Assembly (NCBI GenBank): GCA_951406725.2
Contig: OX597820.1
Coordinates: 1,302,001 to 1,366,000 of the forward strand
From: Octopus vulgaris
Lineage: Eukaryota
Reading direction: 5' to 3'
DNA: 64,000 nt
Below are positions 25,150 to 39,374 of this stretch, in pieces; the stretch's first letter is position 1, and every line of letters starts with the position of its first letter. Made by a program: the position numbers and the translations under genes. The notes under the pieces were generated by a model, which had not been told where the DNA came from, did not search any database, and was given only the letters and a program-made list of their open reading frames with translations.

Positions 25150-26186
25150 TAAAAATAAAAAACTTGGGGCTGCTTTGACAAGCTGAATGGGTTAAAGTAG
25201 TTAGGGTTAAGAGATTAATGGTAGGGGAGAGGAATTGAGCAATGGAGGAGATAGTAAGGAAGGAAGATGGAGGGAGGGAGATAAGAACTGGCATAAGTTA
25301 AAAGGGAACAGAAAGAAAAGGATTAAAAATAGAGAGAGATATGATAAGGATAGATTAGGAGTTATGAGGATTAAAGACAGAGAGGATGAGAGAAGGAGAG
25401 ATTTCAACAAAGTAGGTCATGGCATGGGAGGGAGGGAGGGAAGGAGAGAGGGAGAGAAAGAGAGAAGAAATGGAAGCAGAAGACGATGATGAGAGATAGG
25501 GACAGAGATAGGGAGAGAAATACAAGGGAGAAAGAAAGAAAGAAAAAGCAGAGAAAGGGAGAAGAAGATGATAAAGATAGGAAGAGAGATGCAGAGGGAA
25601 AAGAGAGAAGGAATTACGGGGTCAAGATAGGGTTTGGCAGGAAGAGAAGAAATAGGGGAAGAAAGAGAAGGTGAAATAGATGAAAGGAGGAGGTTTGTTA
25701 CGAAATAAGAATAGGAATAAAATGGTGGAAAGAAAGGGTCAGGTAGGCTGAGATGTAGTGGTAGTGGTAAGATGTGTTTAGTGGCAAAGAAGGTTAGGTG
25801 ATAGTAAGTAGCCATAAGGTGGTATGGTGGAATCAGATGGGAGGTCAGTGAGATTTTAGGGACAACATTGAAAATAGGGTGGTGAATGGAAAAGGAGAGA
25901 GTGGGGGGGGGGGGGAGCAGAGAGTGAGAGAGAGAGAGAGGCATTGGGATAGAGAGAAGCAGAGAGGAAGACAGAAAGACAGAGAGGGGCAGAGAGAGAG
26001 AGAGAGAGAGAGAGCATTGGGATAGAGAGAAAGAGAGAGAGGAAGAGAGAGACAGAGAGGTGCAGAGAGAGAGAGACAGACAGACAGGTAAATATAGGCA
26101 AAGAGAAATAGAGACAGAGAAACAGAGGCAGAGAGAAAGAGAGAGGCAGATTCTGAAGGGAAGAGAAAGGCAGACAGAGAGAGAGG

Positions 26187-26256
<70 letters not shown>

Positions 26257-26669
26257 CAGATTCAATGTAGGTTGTTGGGAAGGACCCAGGAATGGATTGC
26301 AAGACGTAATCAGACGGTAGGGAAATCGAGGTTTGGGGTGAAGTAGATGAAGTGGATGAAGTTTAAGGGTTTGAGGAGAAAAGAAACGATCAAGTTGTAG
26401 CAGCGCCAGGACAGATCTGGGATCCCAGGGGTCTTCAGCTCTAAGCACATCGTCTGTTTAGGGTGCAGAGAGAGACTACTTTATCAATGATGCCTTCATT
26501 TCCTTTTAAAGTCTGGTAGTGTTGTGATATGAGGCAAATTTGGTTGCTAGTTGTAGTAGATCGAGAAACTGTATGTATAGATATTCCCTTGCCGGTTCTG
26601 GGGTTGTGACGGGGCGGGAGGGGACAAAAGATGCTTTAGGGATGAGGTACATGGGTAAATGGGTGAAAA

Positions 26670-26705
<36 letters not shown>

Positions 26706-26894
26706 GGGGAGAGAGAGGGAGAGAGAGGGAGAGAGAGGGAGAGAGAGGGAGGGAGAGGGAGAGAGAGGGAGAGAGAATCTTCTTCACATGTTGAAAATAT
26801 TGACGGGAGATGATGAGAAGAAATATATGAAAAGATGAGGAGACAAGGAAAGAAAGAAGGGAAGAAAGAAGGGAAGAAAGGAGGGAAGAAAGGA

Positions 26895-26931
<37 letters not shown>

Positions 26932-27000
26932 GAAAGGAAAGGTTAAGGACGAAAAAATAGTGGAAAAACTTGAGATATTTCAGAGAATGCAGCAGACATG
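25150..27000. repeat. Long purine-rich (GA/GAAA) low-complexity domain
   Basis: Strong A/G strand bias with (GA)n and (GAAA)n tracts. Confidence 0.85.
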
Positions 27001-27633
27001 TTGGCAGGGCGAAGAGAGTCAGGCAACTTCTTAAATGATGGAAATAGTTTTTCTTTCTTCTTTTTTGGTTTTTACTCTTACTGTTTCATTTTCTCTTTTT
27101 TTTTTTCTTTTTGCAAAACCCATTGAAGAAATGAAGCCTAGTCAAGGATTAGAGAAAGTAAATTGCAGAGGTGGCGATGGCGATGGTAGATTTAGCGTAA
27201 CTACTACAAGAGATTTGTTCTAAGAAACAGCTGGCTTCTTAGCAGCAGCAAACGTTGGTTCACGTTTGCCCATAAATCGCCAACTGTTGGTTCCCAGATA
27301 CATCTACATAAACACCAACACATACAACACTTGATATATGTCTATAAGGTTTGTTTTCATGCCAAGTTATAATGGAAACGATTTAACGTTAAGCTGAAAT
27401 AGCTTTTGTAAAGTACATATTTATTAGATTTCGTCAGACACAATAAAATGTTTATTAGACTTTTACAAGTAGAGGGGTGACAGGGACTTCGAAGTTTCGA
27501 CTTGCTAGCCTTCATACGCACATAATATACACACATACATATACACATACACGCACACACATAAACAGATATACATACATGCACGTACACGCATACATGC
27601 ATGCATACACACACATACACCCATATACATACA

Positions 27634-27669
<36 letters not shown>

Positions 27670-27799
27670 TATATATTAATACATACACACATACGTATAC
27701 ACACACCTGAAACTGAAAGTTTGCTGAGAGAGAGACACAAGATCAAAAATTTGTAGGCAAAACGTTCATAGTGTGATTACAATATAGAATAACTTCTTT

Positions 27800-28120
27800 A
27801 TATTCTGTTGTGTCTGGGGAGAGTCGTTTTCTTTTGGTGCCTTATTATTTAACACACGCACCGGTAAAATTTCCACTCATTTACTTATTTCTTTTCCTAA
27901 AACTTTCATTGCGTCTTGCAACTTTTTCAACAACTATTAAAAAGGTTGCAAGACGCAACGAAAATTTTAGAAAAATAGGTAAATGGGTGGAAATTTTACA
28001 GGTGAGTGTGTTAAATGATAAGGCACCAAAAGAAAACGACTCTCCCCAGACACAACAGAATATGCTTCAACACACGAACTCTCATAAAGAACCTTGCAAA
28101 CCAAATCCAAAAACTTTATA
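27800..28120. mobile_element. Fold-back element with ~128-bp arms plus tail
   Basis: Arms ~27800-27930 / 27937-28063, tail 28064-28120. Related partial copies at ~41635-41710 and ~51840-51975. Confidence 0.9.
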
Positions 28121-29164
28121 TTAATTTCACCGTATGTAGTTGAGTTAAGGCAACTGTACAGAGCCGTGTACATAACCGTGCGATACATCAATAGTTTCGA
28201 TTCCCGATTATAAATCATTTTATTTCCATATTGTTGATAATGTCCTTGTTTACCCATATTCACCTTCTTAAATCTCAGGCTTTTTACGAAAAAAAGGGAA
28301 GTTGCTGAAAGCCTTTGGGAAAAAACATGAACATTAAATTATCCCATTTCACAGCCTTTATAAATCCGAGGCCTCGTTTCTCGGATTTATAAAGAAATTA
28401 TTATGAATAAAGGATCAAAAGAAGTGGGTATACAACGTATCGAGTGCCTTGTGTGAATTTAAACCCTGCTGGTGTTTCTTGTCACTTCGAAGTCACCCCA
28501 CCCCGCTACAAATTTGCAACAATTGTCATTGTGAGGAGGTAGAAACTAAAGGTGGAAGTCGGATTCTGAAGGATTAAGAACATTTCGTTTAGTTGTGTTG
28601 AACTGGCAAAATCCCTACCACCCCGGACAAAATATATAAAGGCATTTCTTCCGTCTCCTTCTGTTTTGAGTTCAAATTCTGTTGAGGTTGAATTGCTGTT
28701 CGTCCTTTTGGTGGGAAGGGTCGATGAAATAAAGTACCAGTCAAGTGCTGACGTCGATGTAACCCTCTACCCTAAAACTGCTGGTCTTGGGCCAGTTTGA
28801 AGGTCAACCGTGGCCGAGCAGATATAATCAAAGTTATTCGACCTCCGATTTTCCCAGGTTGTGTCGTTAACCAGCTGCAGGAGATATTCTCCTGGGGCTA
28901 AAAAAAAATAGTAACGTTGTTCCGTACGGAACAGCCATATTGAAGCGGCGACAAACATCAGTTTCCAGCAGAGCTTCGACTTGCATCTCTTAAAGAGAAT
29001 TTAGAACTACACCTTCCATTCCTTATATGACTACATTACCTAATGTATCCTCCCCTCTTTCTATCCTTTAAGATATTTTTTCTTCCATTACTTTCCGACA
29101 CGAAGAAGAACATCTTCTCCAGTGTTCTTAATCTTTACCCATATTTTTTTTAAGTGCAAATTTG

Positions 29165-29495
29165 GTTTCAGGTTCAATTCGAGTGCGCGGTACCTTGGGC
29201 AAATGTTGTTTTTTTTTACTATTGTCCCGGGACCGACCAATGCCTTATGAATGAAATTGGTAGACAGAAACTGTGTAGATGTCCGTCGTATAAATGATGC
29301 GTGTGTACGTGCGTGTATGTGTTTGTCTCCTGCCAGCCCTTAACAGTCAGTGTCGCTTTGTTTATGTCCCCTAACTTTGCGGTTCGGCAAAACAGTCCGA
29401 TAGAATAAGTCACAAGTTTTTTAAAAAAGTATAGGAGTTAAACCCTTGAAGATAGTGCTCCAGCATGGCTACAGTCCAACGACTGAAACAAGTTT
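29165..29495 (+). mobile_element. SINE family A (diverged, CpG-retaining)
   Basis: Consensus match. Confidence 0.8.
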
Positions 29496-30173
29496 TAGTG
29501 TCTATATATTATATATATATTATATATAGAGAACAGCTACATTTAGGACCAAATAACCAGACATTAGTGGCCGCCAGTCACCCGTTTTTTTTTTTTTATT
29601 GTTCTAATTTCAGGTAGTGGATCACCCAGTATAATCTGAGGGAGATTTGGTTGCTATTTCTAGCTTCTAGTCGCTTCGTAAGAAAAAGATGTTAAAATGC
29701 AATGAGACTTGGGGCGATTGGTGGGGGTGGGGGAGAAAAGAAAAGAAACGAATGCTTTGCCGTGCAAACTATTCCAGTGAGGGAGGGGCGAGAAAGCTGA
29801 AGGACCGAAAAAGCTAACCCCTACATATATACACCTATATATACAAGGTGTATAGTGTATATGCTCGCGCACGCACATACGCAAATTCATACTCTTACAT
29901 ATAAATATACACACGCATACACACACACACACACATATATATATGCACATACACGCACATGCATATATATACACACGCATATATGTATACACATGCATTT
30001 ACACGCATGCATATATACACACACATAAGTGCTCATATATATATATATATGTGTGTGTGTGTATATAGTCACACACACATACATACACGCATATATACAC
30101 ACACAAGAACTCAAAAGCACACACGTATATATATATATATATACACACAGACAGATTGAAAAGAAATTCCTGT

Positions 30174-30207
<34 letters not shown>

Positions 30208-30280
30208 CGGTGGTGGTGGTGGTGGTGGTGGTGGTGGTGGTAGTAAGTCAGTTAAAAAAGAAGAGGTAAGGAGAGGGAAG

Positions 30281-30339
<59 letters not shown>

Positions 30340-30620
30340 TATAGCTAGATGATACCTTATTAGGAGATGATGGAGTGTCGATTGGAAGGTAGATATGGAG
30401 CTGTACTTGATAGGAAGAAAATTAGCAACGAAACGACTTGAAACACACGAAAAGTCAGGATATTATAACAACATAGCTAGCATTTCACCCACAGACTGGC
30501 ATCTCTTTCTCTCTCTCTCTCACTCACTCACTCACTCTCTCTCTCTCACTCACTCACTCACTCTCTCTCTCTCACACACATTCTCTCTCTCTCTCTCTCT
30601 TCCTCCTCCAGTATGTATGG

Positions 30621-30660
<40 letters not shown>

Positions 30661-31059
30661 CTATATGAATATACTGTGGTGCCCCGGCATGGCCAAAGTC
30701 TGAGTGAAACAAATAAAAGATAGTAGATATATGTATATATACGTATACATGTATATATACATATATATATATGTGTGTGTATGTACGTATTGATATGTGT
30801 CTCCAGTTGTGCGTGTGTGCAGTTTGTCGTGTGTGCATCTATTGTTATTACTAATGCATTCGCTCAAACATTAATCTACACAGATTAATGCGCCTTGTAA
30901 AGTGCTCACTGCTCACATATAAACTTCATAGAAAATAGGCCGTCCCTACTTCTTACGTGTGCAGACATAGCATTAACCTATCTGTTGTACATTCGTGTTT
31001 TTAGCTTTGCGAAAACATAGAAAACATTACTATGTATAATAATAATCATAATGATAATA

Positions 31060-31122
<63 letters not shown>

Positions 31123-31140
31123 TTGATGAAGATAATAATA

Positions 31141-31182
<42 letters not shown>

Positions 31183-31399
31183 TTGATGTTGATGATGATG
31201 ATGATGATAATTAATAATTGTCAGAAGTGATCCAGAAGAGAGCATTGTTGGGTACAGCTCGCATTCTAAGGAGAGTATTGTCTCTTTGAACCACAGGAGA
31301 AACCTTTGGTAATTTGTTATTGCCTTCTTTCAGGTAAAGATCAACCAGTAATTGAGAACTGGCCGAGAGTCTTTCAGAATAAGAATAATAATAATAATC

Positions 31400-31870
31400 T
31401 TTTCTATTATAGGCACAAGGTCTGGAATTTGGAGGTGGGGAAGGGATTAAGTCGATTACATCGACCCCAGTGCGTAACTGGTATTTATTTCATCGACCCC
31501 GAAAGGATGAAAGGCAAAGTCGACCTCTAATAATAATAATGGTTTCAAATTTCGGTACAGGCCCAGCAATTTTAGGGTGAGGGTTAAGTCCATTACATCG
31601 ACCGCCATATTCAACTTGTACTCGTTTTATTGACCCCGAAGGGATGAAAAGGCAAAGTCGACCTTGACGGAATTTGAACGCCGAACGAGAAGTCGGACGA
31701 AATGCCGCTAAGCATTTTGCCCGGAGTGCTAACCGTTCTGCTACCTTTCTACTATAGGTACAATGACCAAAACTTTGAGGGGGGGGGAGCTAGTCGATTA
31801 TATCAACCTCTGTGCTCAACTGGTTCCCAAATTTTATTGACCCCGAAAGGATAGATGGCAAAATTGACTC
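31400..31870 (-). mobile_element. Cluster of SINE family B fragments
   Basis: Three gaccccgaa(a/g)ggat cores. Confidence 0.85.
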
Positions 31871-31944
31871 CATTAAAATTGGAGTTATCTCTCTTTGCGT
31901 GACGCGAAATATATAATACACAATGGTACTTACTATAAAAGTCC

Positions 31945-32009
<65 letters not shown>

Positions 32010-32389
32010 TCATTCCCCCCCTCTCTCTCTGTGCTGATGGCCAAGGTTAATCATTTGACCACTGAAGAGAGCAACTCGTTAAATATGCAATTAGTTCGCG
32101 AGGACAGGTAAGATATGGAAGTCGGCAACCATCATAAAATAAGCCGGCAACGACATGCTTGAGGTTTCGTCTAGCAGTGACTCAAAACAGACGAATGGGG
32201 AAAACACTCACACACACACATACACGGGATTATTTACTATGAAATAGCAGCGTGAAATCAATATCTACAATGCAAATATTATTTACACAGACTTTTTTGT
32301 ACCTATATATCTATACATAATATACATAGAGAGATTCACACATACACAAACGCGCGCACACGCACACAGATCTTTACATGCATACATAG

Positions 32390-32426
<37 letters not shown>

Positions 32427-32779
32427 CGTGTACGGTACTATCTCATAGATTATCTTTGCAATTTGAAGACGAAACATCCCTCTGAGAGTGTTTAAAGAAA
32501 CAGAAATCAATGGAGATATCTCCAATAATATTAGTTTAACCAAGTTTTTACAAATAAACACAATTAGGAGTGTTTGTTGTCTCTAGAGCCAACCTACACT
32601 CAAAGGCATTCCAGCTGTGACCATCGCATCCGTTTAGTAAATATATAAGATTACAGTATCTACTGTTTTCTTGAAGACATTGGGGGTTTTATTTGACAGA
32701 AATTAGGCTACTATTTCGAGCAAGTCGTGCGATCACAGACATTCTCCCAGCTAACTCGATATATGTATGTATATAGTGA

Positions 32780-32857
<78 letters not shown>

Positions 32858-32859
32858 AA

Positions 32860-33211
32860 AGGAGCACTCCGTCGGTTACGACGACGAGGGTCCCAGCTGA
32901 TACGATCAACAGAACAGCTTGCTCGTAAAATTAACGTGCAAGTGGCTGAGCACTCCACAGACACGTGTATCCTTAACGTAGTTCTCAGAGAGATTCAGCG
33001 TGACACAGAATGTGACAAAGCTGGCCCTTTGAAATACTGGTACGACTCATTTTTGCCAGCCGAGTGGACTGGAGCAACGTGAAATAAAGTGTCTTGCTCA
33101 AGGTGTGTGAAGGCGCGTGACTTAGTGGTTAAGACATTCGGTTCACGATCGCATGGTCGTGAGTTCAATTCCCGGCAACGCGTTGTGTCCTCGAGCAAAA
33201 CACTTTATTTC
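32860..33211. mobile_element. SINE family D with inverted 5' head
   Basis: Body on - (32860-33103), tRNA head on + (33111-33211). Both parts include cctYgagcaaRacactttatttc. Confidence 0.8.
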
Positions 33212-33278
<67 letters not shown>

Positions 33279-33539
33279 TGTATGTATGTATGTATGTATG
33301 TATGTATGTATGTATGAATGTATGTATGTATGTGTGTGTGTATGCCCGTTGTTTTAAAAGTACTCAATACAACAGAAGAATGCAATAATTTAGCGTCCTC
33401 GTGCAACCATTTAGAGTCTGAGATTTCTGGGACCTGTTGTCAGATTCTCGGATAAAAATAGACTGGTTCTAGACTATTCATGAAAATCCGTTCTTCAAAA
33501 CAGAACCGAGGCCCTGGTAATTAAGTACCAGTGACGTAC

Positions 33540-33710
33540 TTTCTCTTTTACTTCTTTTAGTCATTGGACTGCGGCCAAGCTGGGGCTTCACCTTGAAGGG
33601 TTTAGTCGAAGAGACCGACTCCGGTACTTGTAATTTTTGTAGTTTGGTTCTAATTCTATTGGTTGCTTTAGACGTAATCGAACTAACACCGGTTGTCGAG
33701 CGGTGGTTTG

Positions 33711-33764
<54 letters not shown>

Positions 33765-33900
33765 GCAGGCCTCCACACAGACTGCGTTGACCAAATTCAA
33801 TCACAAGGCATTGGTTGATTAGGTCTGTAGGACACAAAACCTCTTGCCCAAGGGGCTGTGCAGTGAGACGGAACCCAAGACCACGCGGTTGCATATCGAG
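33540..33900 (-). mobile_element. SINE family A (diverged)
   Basis: Reverse complement of the consensus. Confidence 0.75.
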
Positions 33901-33989
33901 CTTTATACACTTATATATAAGTGTGTATACAAATGTATACACCATATGTATTAAATGTACACACCTTCACAAAAGGAATTTAGAAGCTA

Positions 33990-34152
33990 GGCGCAGGGGT
34001 GGCTGTGTGGTAAGTAGCTTACTTACCAACCACATGGTACCGGGTTCAGTCCCACTGCGTGGTACCTTGTGCAAGTGTCTTCTACTATAGCCTCGGGCCG
34101 ACCAAAGCCTTGTGAGTGGATTTGGTAGACGGAAACTGAAAGAAGCCCGCCG

Positions 34153-34202
<50 letters not shown>

Positions 34203-34400
34203 TATTTGTCCCCCACCACCGCTTGACAACTGATGCTGGTGTGTTTACGTCCCCGTAACTTAGCGGTTCGGCAAAAGAGACCGATGGAATAAGTACTAGG
34301 CTTACAAAGAATAAATCCCGGGGTCGATTTGCTCAACTAAAGGCGGTGCTCCAGCATGGCCGCAATCAAATGACTGAAACAAATAAAAGAATAAAAGAAT
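33990..34400 (+). mobile_element. Full-length tRNA-derived SINE family A
   Basis: A-box tggctgtgtgg, B-box ggttcagtccc, central (TG)n, tail taaaagaa repeats. Confidence 0.92.
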
Positions 34401-34648
34401 ACTGCCCCAAGGACTGGCGTTGTCAACGAAAAGCATAACTGTACTCTGTGTGTGTGCGTGTGTGTGAGATGGCTTTGTTTGTAAAGGTGTGTCGTAAGTA
34501 GGGAGGTGTTCTGAGTGCATGTAAAGGTTTATGCATGCGTACAGAGATATCGTGAGAGAAGGGACATTTTTAAAATATCAACCTCGTACATGCACAGAAT
34601 ACAGTGATTCCCAGACGACAGTTTAGTCACAGATATATCATTCACCCC

Positions 34649-34687
<39 letters not shown>

Positions 34688-34842
34688 ACTCTGTGTATGT
34701 GTGAATAATATATATTATACTTGCACAAGAGGGATTAACAATAAGATTATTATATGTACTACACGAAAATTATCGAGTAATCCTTCAATTCAATGTTAAA
34801 TTGGTTTTATTATAACTCGACATAAAAAGATAGATAGATAGA

Positions 34843-34885
<43 letters not shown>

Positions 34886-34919
34886 AGAGAGACAGAGACA
34901 GACAGACAGACAGACAGAC

Positions 34920-34982
<63 letters not shown>

Positions 34983-34987
34983 CATTA

Positions 34988-35405
34988 AAGCGGCGAGCTG
35001 GCAGAATCGTTAGCACGCCGGGCGAAATGCTTAGCAGTATGTCATCTGTTGCTACGTTCTGAGTTCAAATTCCGCCGAGGTCGACTTTGCCTTTCATCCT
35101 TTCGGGGTCAATTAAATAAGTACCAGTTACACACTGGGGTCGATGTAATCGACTTAATCCGTTTGTCCATCCTTGTTTGTCCTCTCAGTGTTTAGCCCCT
35201 TGTGGGTAGTAAAGAAATAGGTATTTCGTTTGCCGTTACGTTCTGAGTTCAAATTTCGCTGAGGTCGACTTTGCCTGTCATCCTTTCAGGGTTGATTAAA
35301 TAAGTACCAGTTAGGCACTGGGGTCGATATAATCGACTTAATCCCTTTGTTTGTCCTTGTGTGTCCCCTCTATGTTTAGCCCCTTGTGGGCAATAAAGAA
35401 ATAAG
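34988..35405 (+). mobile_element. SINE family B dimer
   Basis: Head gcggcgagctggcagaatcgttagc, B-box gagttcaaatt. The second unit restarts at ggtatttcg. Confidence 0.9.
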
Positions 35406-35428
35406 ATAGACAGACAGACGGACGGACG

Positions 35429-35510
<82 letters not shown>

Positions 35511-35872
35511 TCACAAGTCACTGACCCTGGTGAGTTTGTGTGGTGGTGGACGGGGGTATTTTATAGGGCACCGTCACGCAAGCATATTCCAACGGTCAAG
35601 AAGTTCGCCTGGAAATTAACCACGATCTCCCAAGTTTGATTCCTTGAAGTGTGTCGCTTTCCAAAACATTTTGTCCTCTCAAAACTTGTAAACGAAAGTG
35701 GGTAAACTAAAATTATCTGAAGCGGGGTGGGTGCACCCGTCAGATAGATTGCACATGCAGTTCTATCCCCCACCCCACCCAGCCCCGTCACATACAATGT
35801 CCTGCTGAGTATACCTGTGGATTACGTTATGAGTACAAGTGCCAGTGAAATACTCCACTATTTTAAGAGGCA

Positions 35873-36161
35873 TAATTAACCAAAGCATTTTCATCAGTTT
35901 GTCCTAATTAACCAAAGCATTTTTATCAGCTTGTCCTAATTAACCAAAGCATTTTCATCAGCTTGTCCTAATTAACCAAAGTATTTTTATCAGCTTGTCC
36001 TAATTAACCAAAGCATTTTCATCAGTTTGTCCTAATTAACCAAAGCATTTTTATCAGCTTGTCCTAATTAACCAAAGCATTTTCATCAGCTTGTCCTAAT
36101 TAACCAAAGCATTTTCATCAGCTTGTCCTAATTAACCAAAGCATTTCCATAAGTTTTTTCC
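35873..36161. repeat. 32-bp minisatellite x9 (taattaaccaaagcattttcatcagcttgtcc)
   Basis: Read directly; the variant pattern repeats at 128 bp. Confidence 0.95.
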
Positions 36162-37917
36162 TAAACGTCCATGCGTGTTTTCACACTTTTAGTTAGCCCT
36201 CGTTTTATATGTTCTGAGTGATATAAAGTTTTCTTATCATAAGTTGCAAGTTACTCTGGCAGTAAAAAAATGAGATTGTGTATCATATATGATACATAGG
36301 ACAAGCAAAGAGGTAAGATGATAGGACAATTTTGATTGGACAATTGGAATACCCATTGTTGACAAGTAACATGTATTATAATTTCATCCACATTTAAGAT
36401 GTGCAGAAATGTACTAGATTGTAGTGTATACGCAGCATTAATCTATTCAGTTTTAACTCACATTACGTCTTGGTTTTCAATATCATAGCCTTCATCCGAT
36501 GTATATCTATATAAAAATAGTCCAATACAAGTTTATCCAACACTATGATTAGGAGGAAGTTTCTAAATTCATTTACCAATTTATATCTAAATGTAAAAAT
36601 ACATATTTGTAAATGTATGTCTGTAAACGGTTGACTGAAAAACTACAAAAGGAACATCTACAAACTACAAAAAAAAATTATCGTCACCATTTTGCACTGA
36701 AGGTTTCTGCAACAATTTTTTTTCAAAGTATACATCCCCAATGTGGTCGAATTACATTGTGTACTACTCGTAACCATTTACTGTGTATGAATATTTTACA
36801 AGTTATTGTGTAATCAAAATATCTACCCTGCTTTTAACAGTCACAAAATTCTGCCGCTAGCACTGCAGACATATCTATATCAAGATACATATTGCATGTG
36901 TCTACATATACCTACAACCTGTTTTTTTTTTCTCTCGCATACATTTTCTACCTTTCTGTCTCTCACAGACGCAAACTCTACTCACATGAAGACACTCTTA
37001 TGTATATACGTACTTTCTTACATATTTACTCTGACTCTCTCACACACACCTTGAGTGATAGACTTAATCCATCACCCGGTATAATACCACCATTTGGATG
37101 CCTTTAGCGGAATCCACTCTGTTGCAAGCATTCAGGCCAACTCTTTGCCCTGAAGATAAACCCCTTCCTTTAAAGTCTTGGAGATACAGCAAAACGCCAA
37201 AGAGCTTGTCCGCCTTCCACTGATTAACCCATGTGAAAGAAAGAAATGTTATCATTCATTCTCTCACATATACACAAACACACTTCCTCTCGCCTTTCAC
37301 ACACAAGACCACATTTTCATACGATGTCTCATGCACAGCATACACGAATACTCTAAAGTTTTCGGATTATTTCACACATACTCACATATTAATTCTCCCA
37401 TACACATATCTACATACTATCTGTTATAGTTATATTCACACATGATATACAATCCTTCTTATACAGGTGCAAAATCTAACTCATCCTGTCTTTCCTCAGT
37501 TCTGTCACTCGTTATCAACTTTCGCCATCACAACGAGTTACTCTTCAAATCAGAGCCTGCTCCCTCAATCCATCCACATTGTGTCATCCGTCGTGTATTA
37601 TCATACAATATTCAGTACTTCACAACTTATATTTCCAAATTCATGTCATTGGCTCTTTTGAGTTATATTCTTTTGGTTGTTAGCTAAAAATCATTCGCAT
37701 TTTTTTCACAGTATTTGTCAGTTCATCAGAGCAGAGTATGTATACTATGCTGATAAGGTCTAATAGACAGAAATTTGTCGAAAGTTATCCCCGCTGCCTG
37801 CAAACAAAGACCATGATTTCCTTTTGAGAAGAGGTCACTAATACATGCTTTTAGGTTTTTAGCATTCTTTTTGAAAAAGAAAATTTCAATTCAAGGTTAA
37901 TTTTTTTTGCACAACAT

Positions 37918-37973
<56 letters not shown>

Positions 37974-39314
37974 TCTTTAATTCATTCATCCAAAAATATG
38001 TGGTAGATCCGCTTGAGTAAATATCTCCGAACTCAATTTATTTTTTGCTTATTTTGCTTTGCTTTTTTTTTTTATTTTAAAGCACAGGATTCGAACTTTC
38101 AGTTTATACACTCGTACTCCAGAGTCCGTGCTGTCGTCTGTTATTTAACCGCGAACCAGCCGCCATCAACCATATATAGGATCAGTAGCTATCGAGCGCT
38201 GACAATCACGTTGCTTGTCGAGCATAATAAGGTACCACGATTTCATTATCGAATGTTTCTTTTCGAGTCGGTAGGGTTAGGATTAAAGGAAAATTCTTTT
38301 CTTTCTTTCTTTCTTTTTTTTTTTTTGTTTCCGTTGGTTTGGGTACGTTTTGCGTGTACAGGGTGAGAACAGGGAAGAAATTATACACTATTCACAGGTT
38401 CGTTTGTTATTCATCTATTTTCTTTATTAGCCACATTAAAATAGGAACTGAAATACAGAGGAGACCTAAACCCAACTCATACACACACCCACACATACAT
38501 ACATACACACCTACATACATACACACCTACATACATACACACCTACATACACACCTACATACACACCTACATACATACATACATACATACATACATACAT
38601 ACACATACATACATACACACATACATACACATCCACACACCTACATACATACGTACTTACATGCATACATACACACACACATACATGCATACATACACAC
38701 ATACTAATACATACATACATACACACATGACAGGCTTCCATACAGTTTCCGATTAGTAAACTACACACACACGGATTAGTCGGCCCGGGGCCCATAGTAG
38801 AAGTCCCTTGCAGCAGGGTGGGACTCAACCCGAAACCACGTGGTTTGAAAGCGGTCAGAGCCACACCTGTTAACTCTCCAGGTGGCCGCCACTACGAACT
38901 GCCGGAACATATCTATGGTCTTCAGACCGCCCAAAAATGTATCATATATGTTCCCCTAGATTGCCGTTACCTAGAAACATTATATAGCTTCAAAGAAGCT
39001 CTTAGTCTGTAATCGCAATGAATCCGGTCAGAGTATCTGCATTCGGTCATTAGTGAAATTCGGTCAGATGAAACGATGCTAAGGTTCAAAGCTAGGGTTT
39101 TCTCACCTCGATTCTACAAAGGTCACACACACGAGCGTGTGTATTATATTATACACACACGAAGCGTAGCTAACAGTTAAAAGGTGAGGGATAGAAATAT
39201 AAGGTGCGACAGAATTGCCAAAAAGAGGAAGGAGGAGAAAGGAAGGGAAATTAAGAAAGGAGTTATACAGACAGACTTTCTCTGAGTGTGTGTATGTTTG
39301 TGGGTGAACAGAAT

Positions 39315-39369
<55 letters not shown>

Positions 39370-39374
<5 letters not shown>

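Noticed and set aside
25417-26448. 343-aa minus-strand Leu/Ser-rich ORF
   Set aside because: A product of pyrimidine-rich (CT)n low-complexity sequence with no domain.
35873-36161. Possible CRISPR array
   Set aside because: Contiguous repeats with no unique spacers and no cas genes, in a eukaryotic context.
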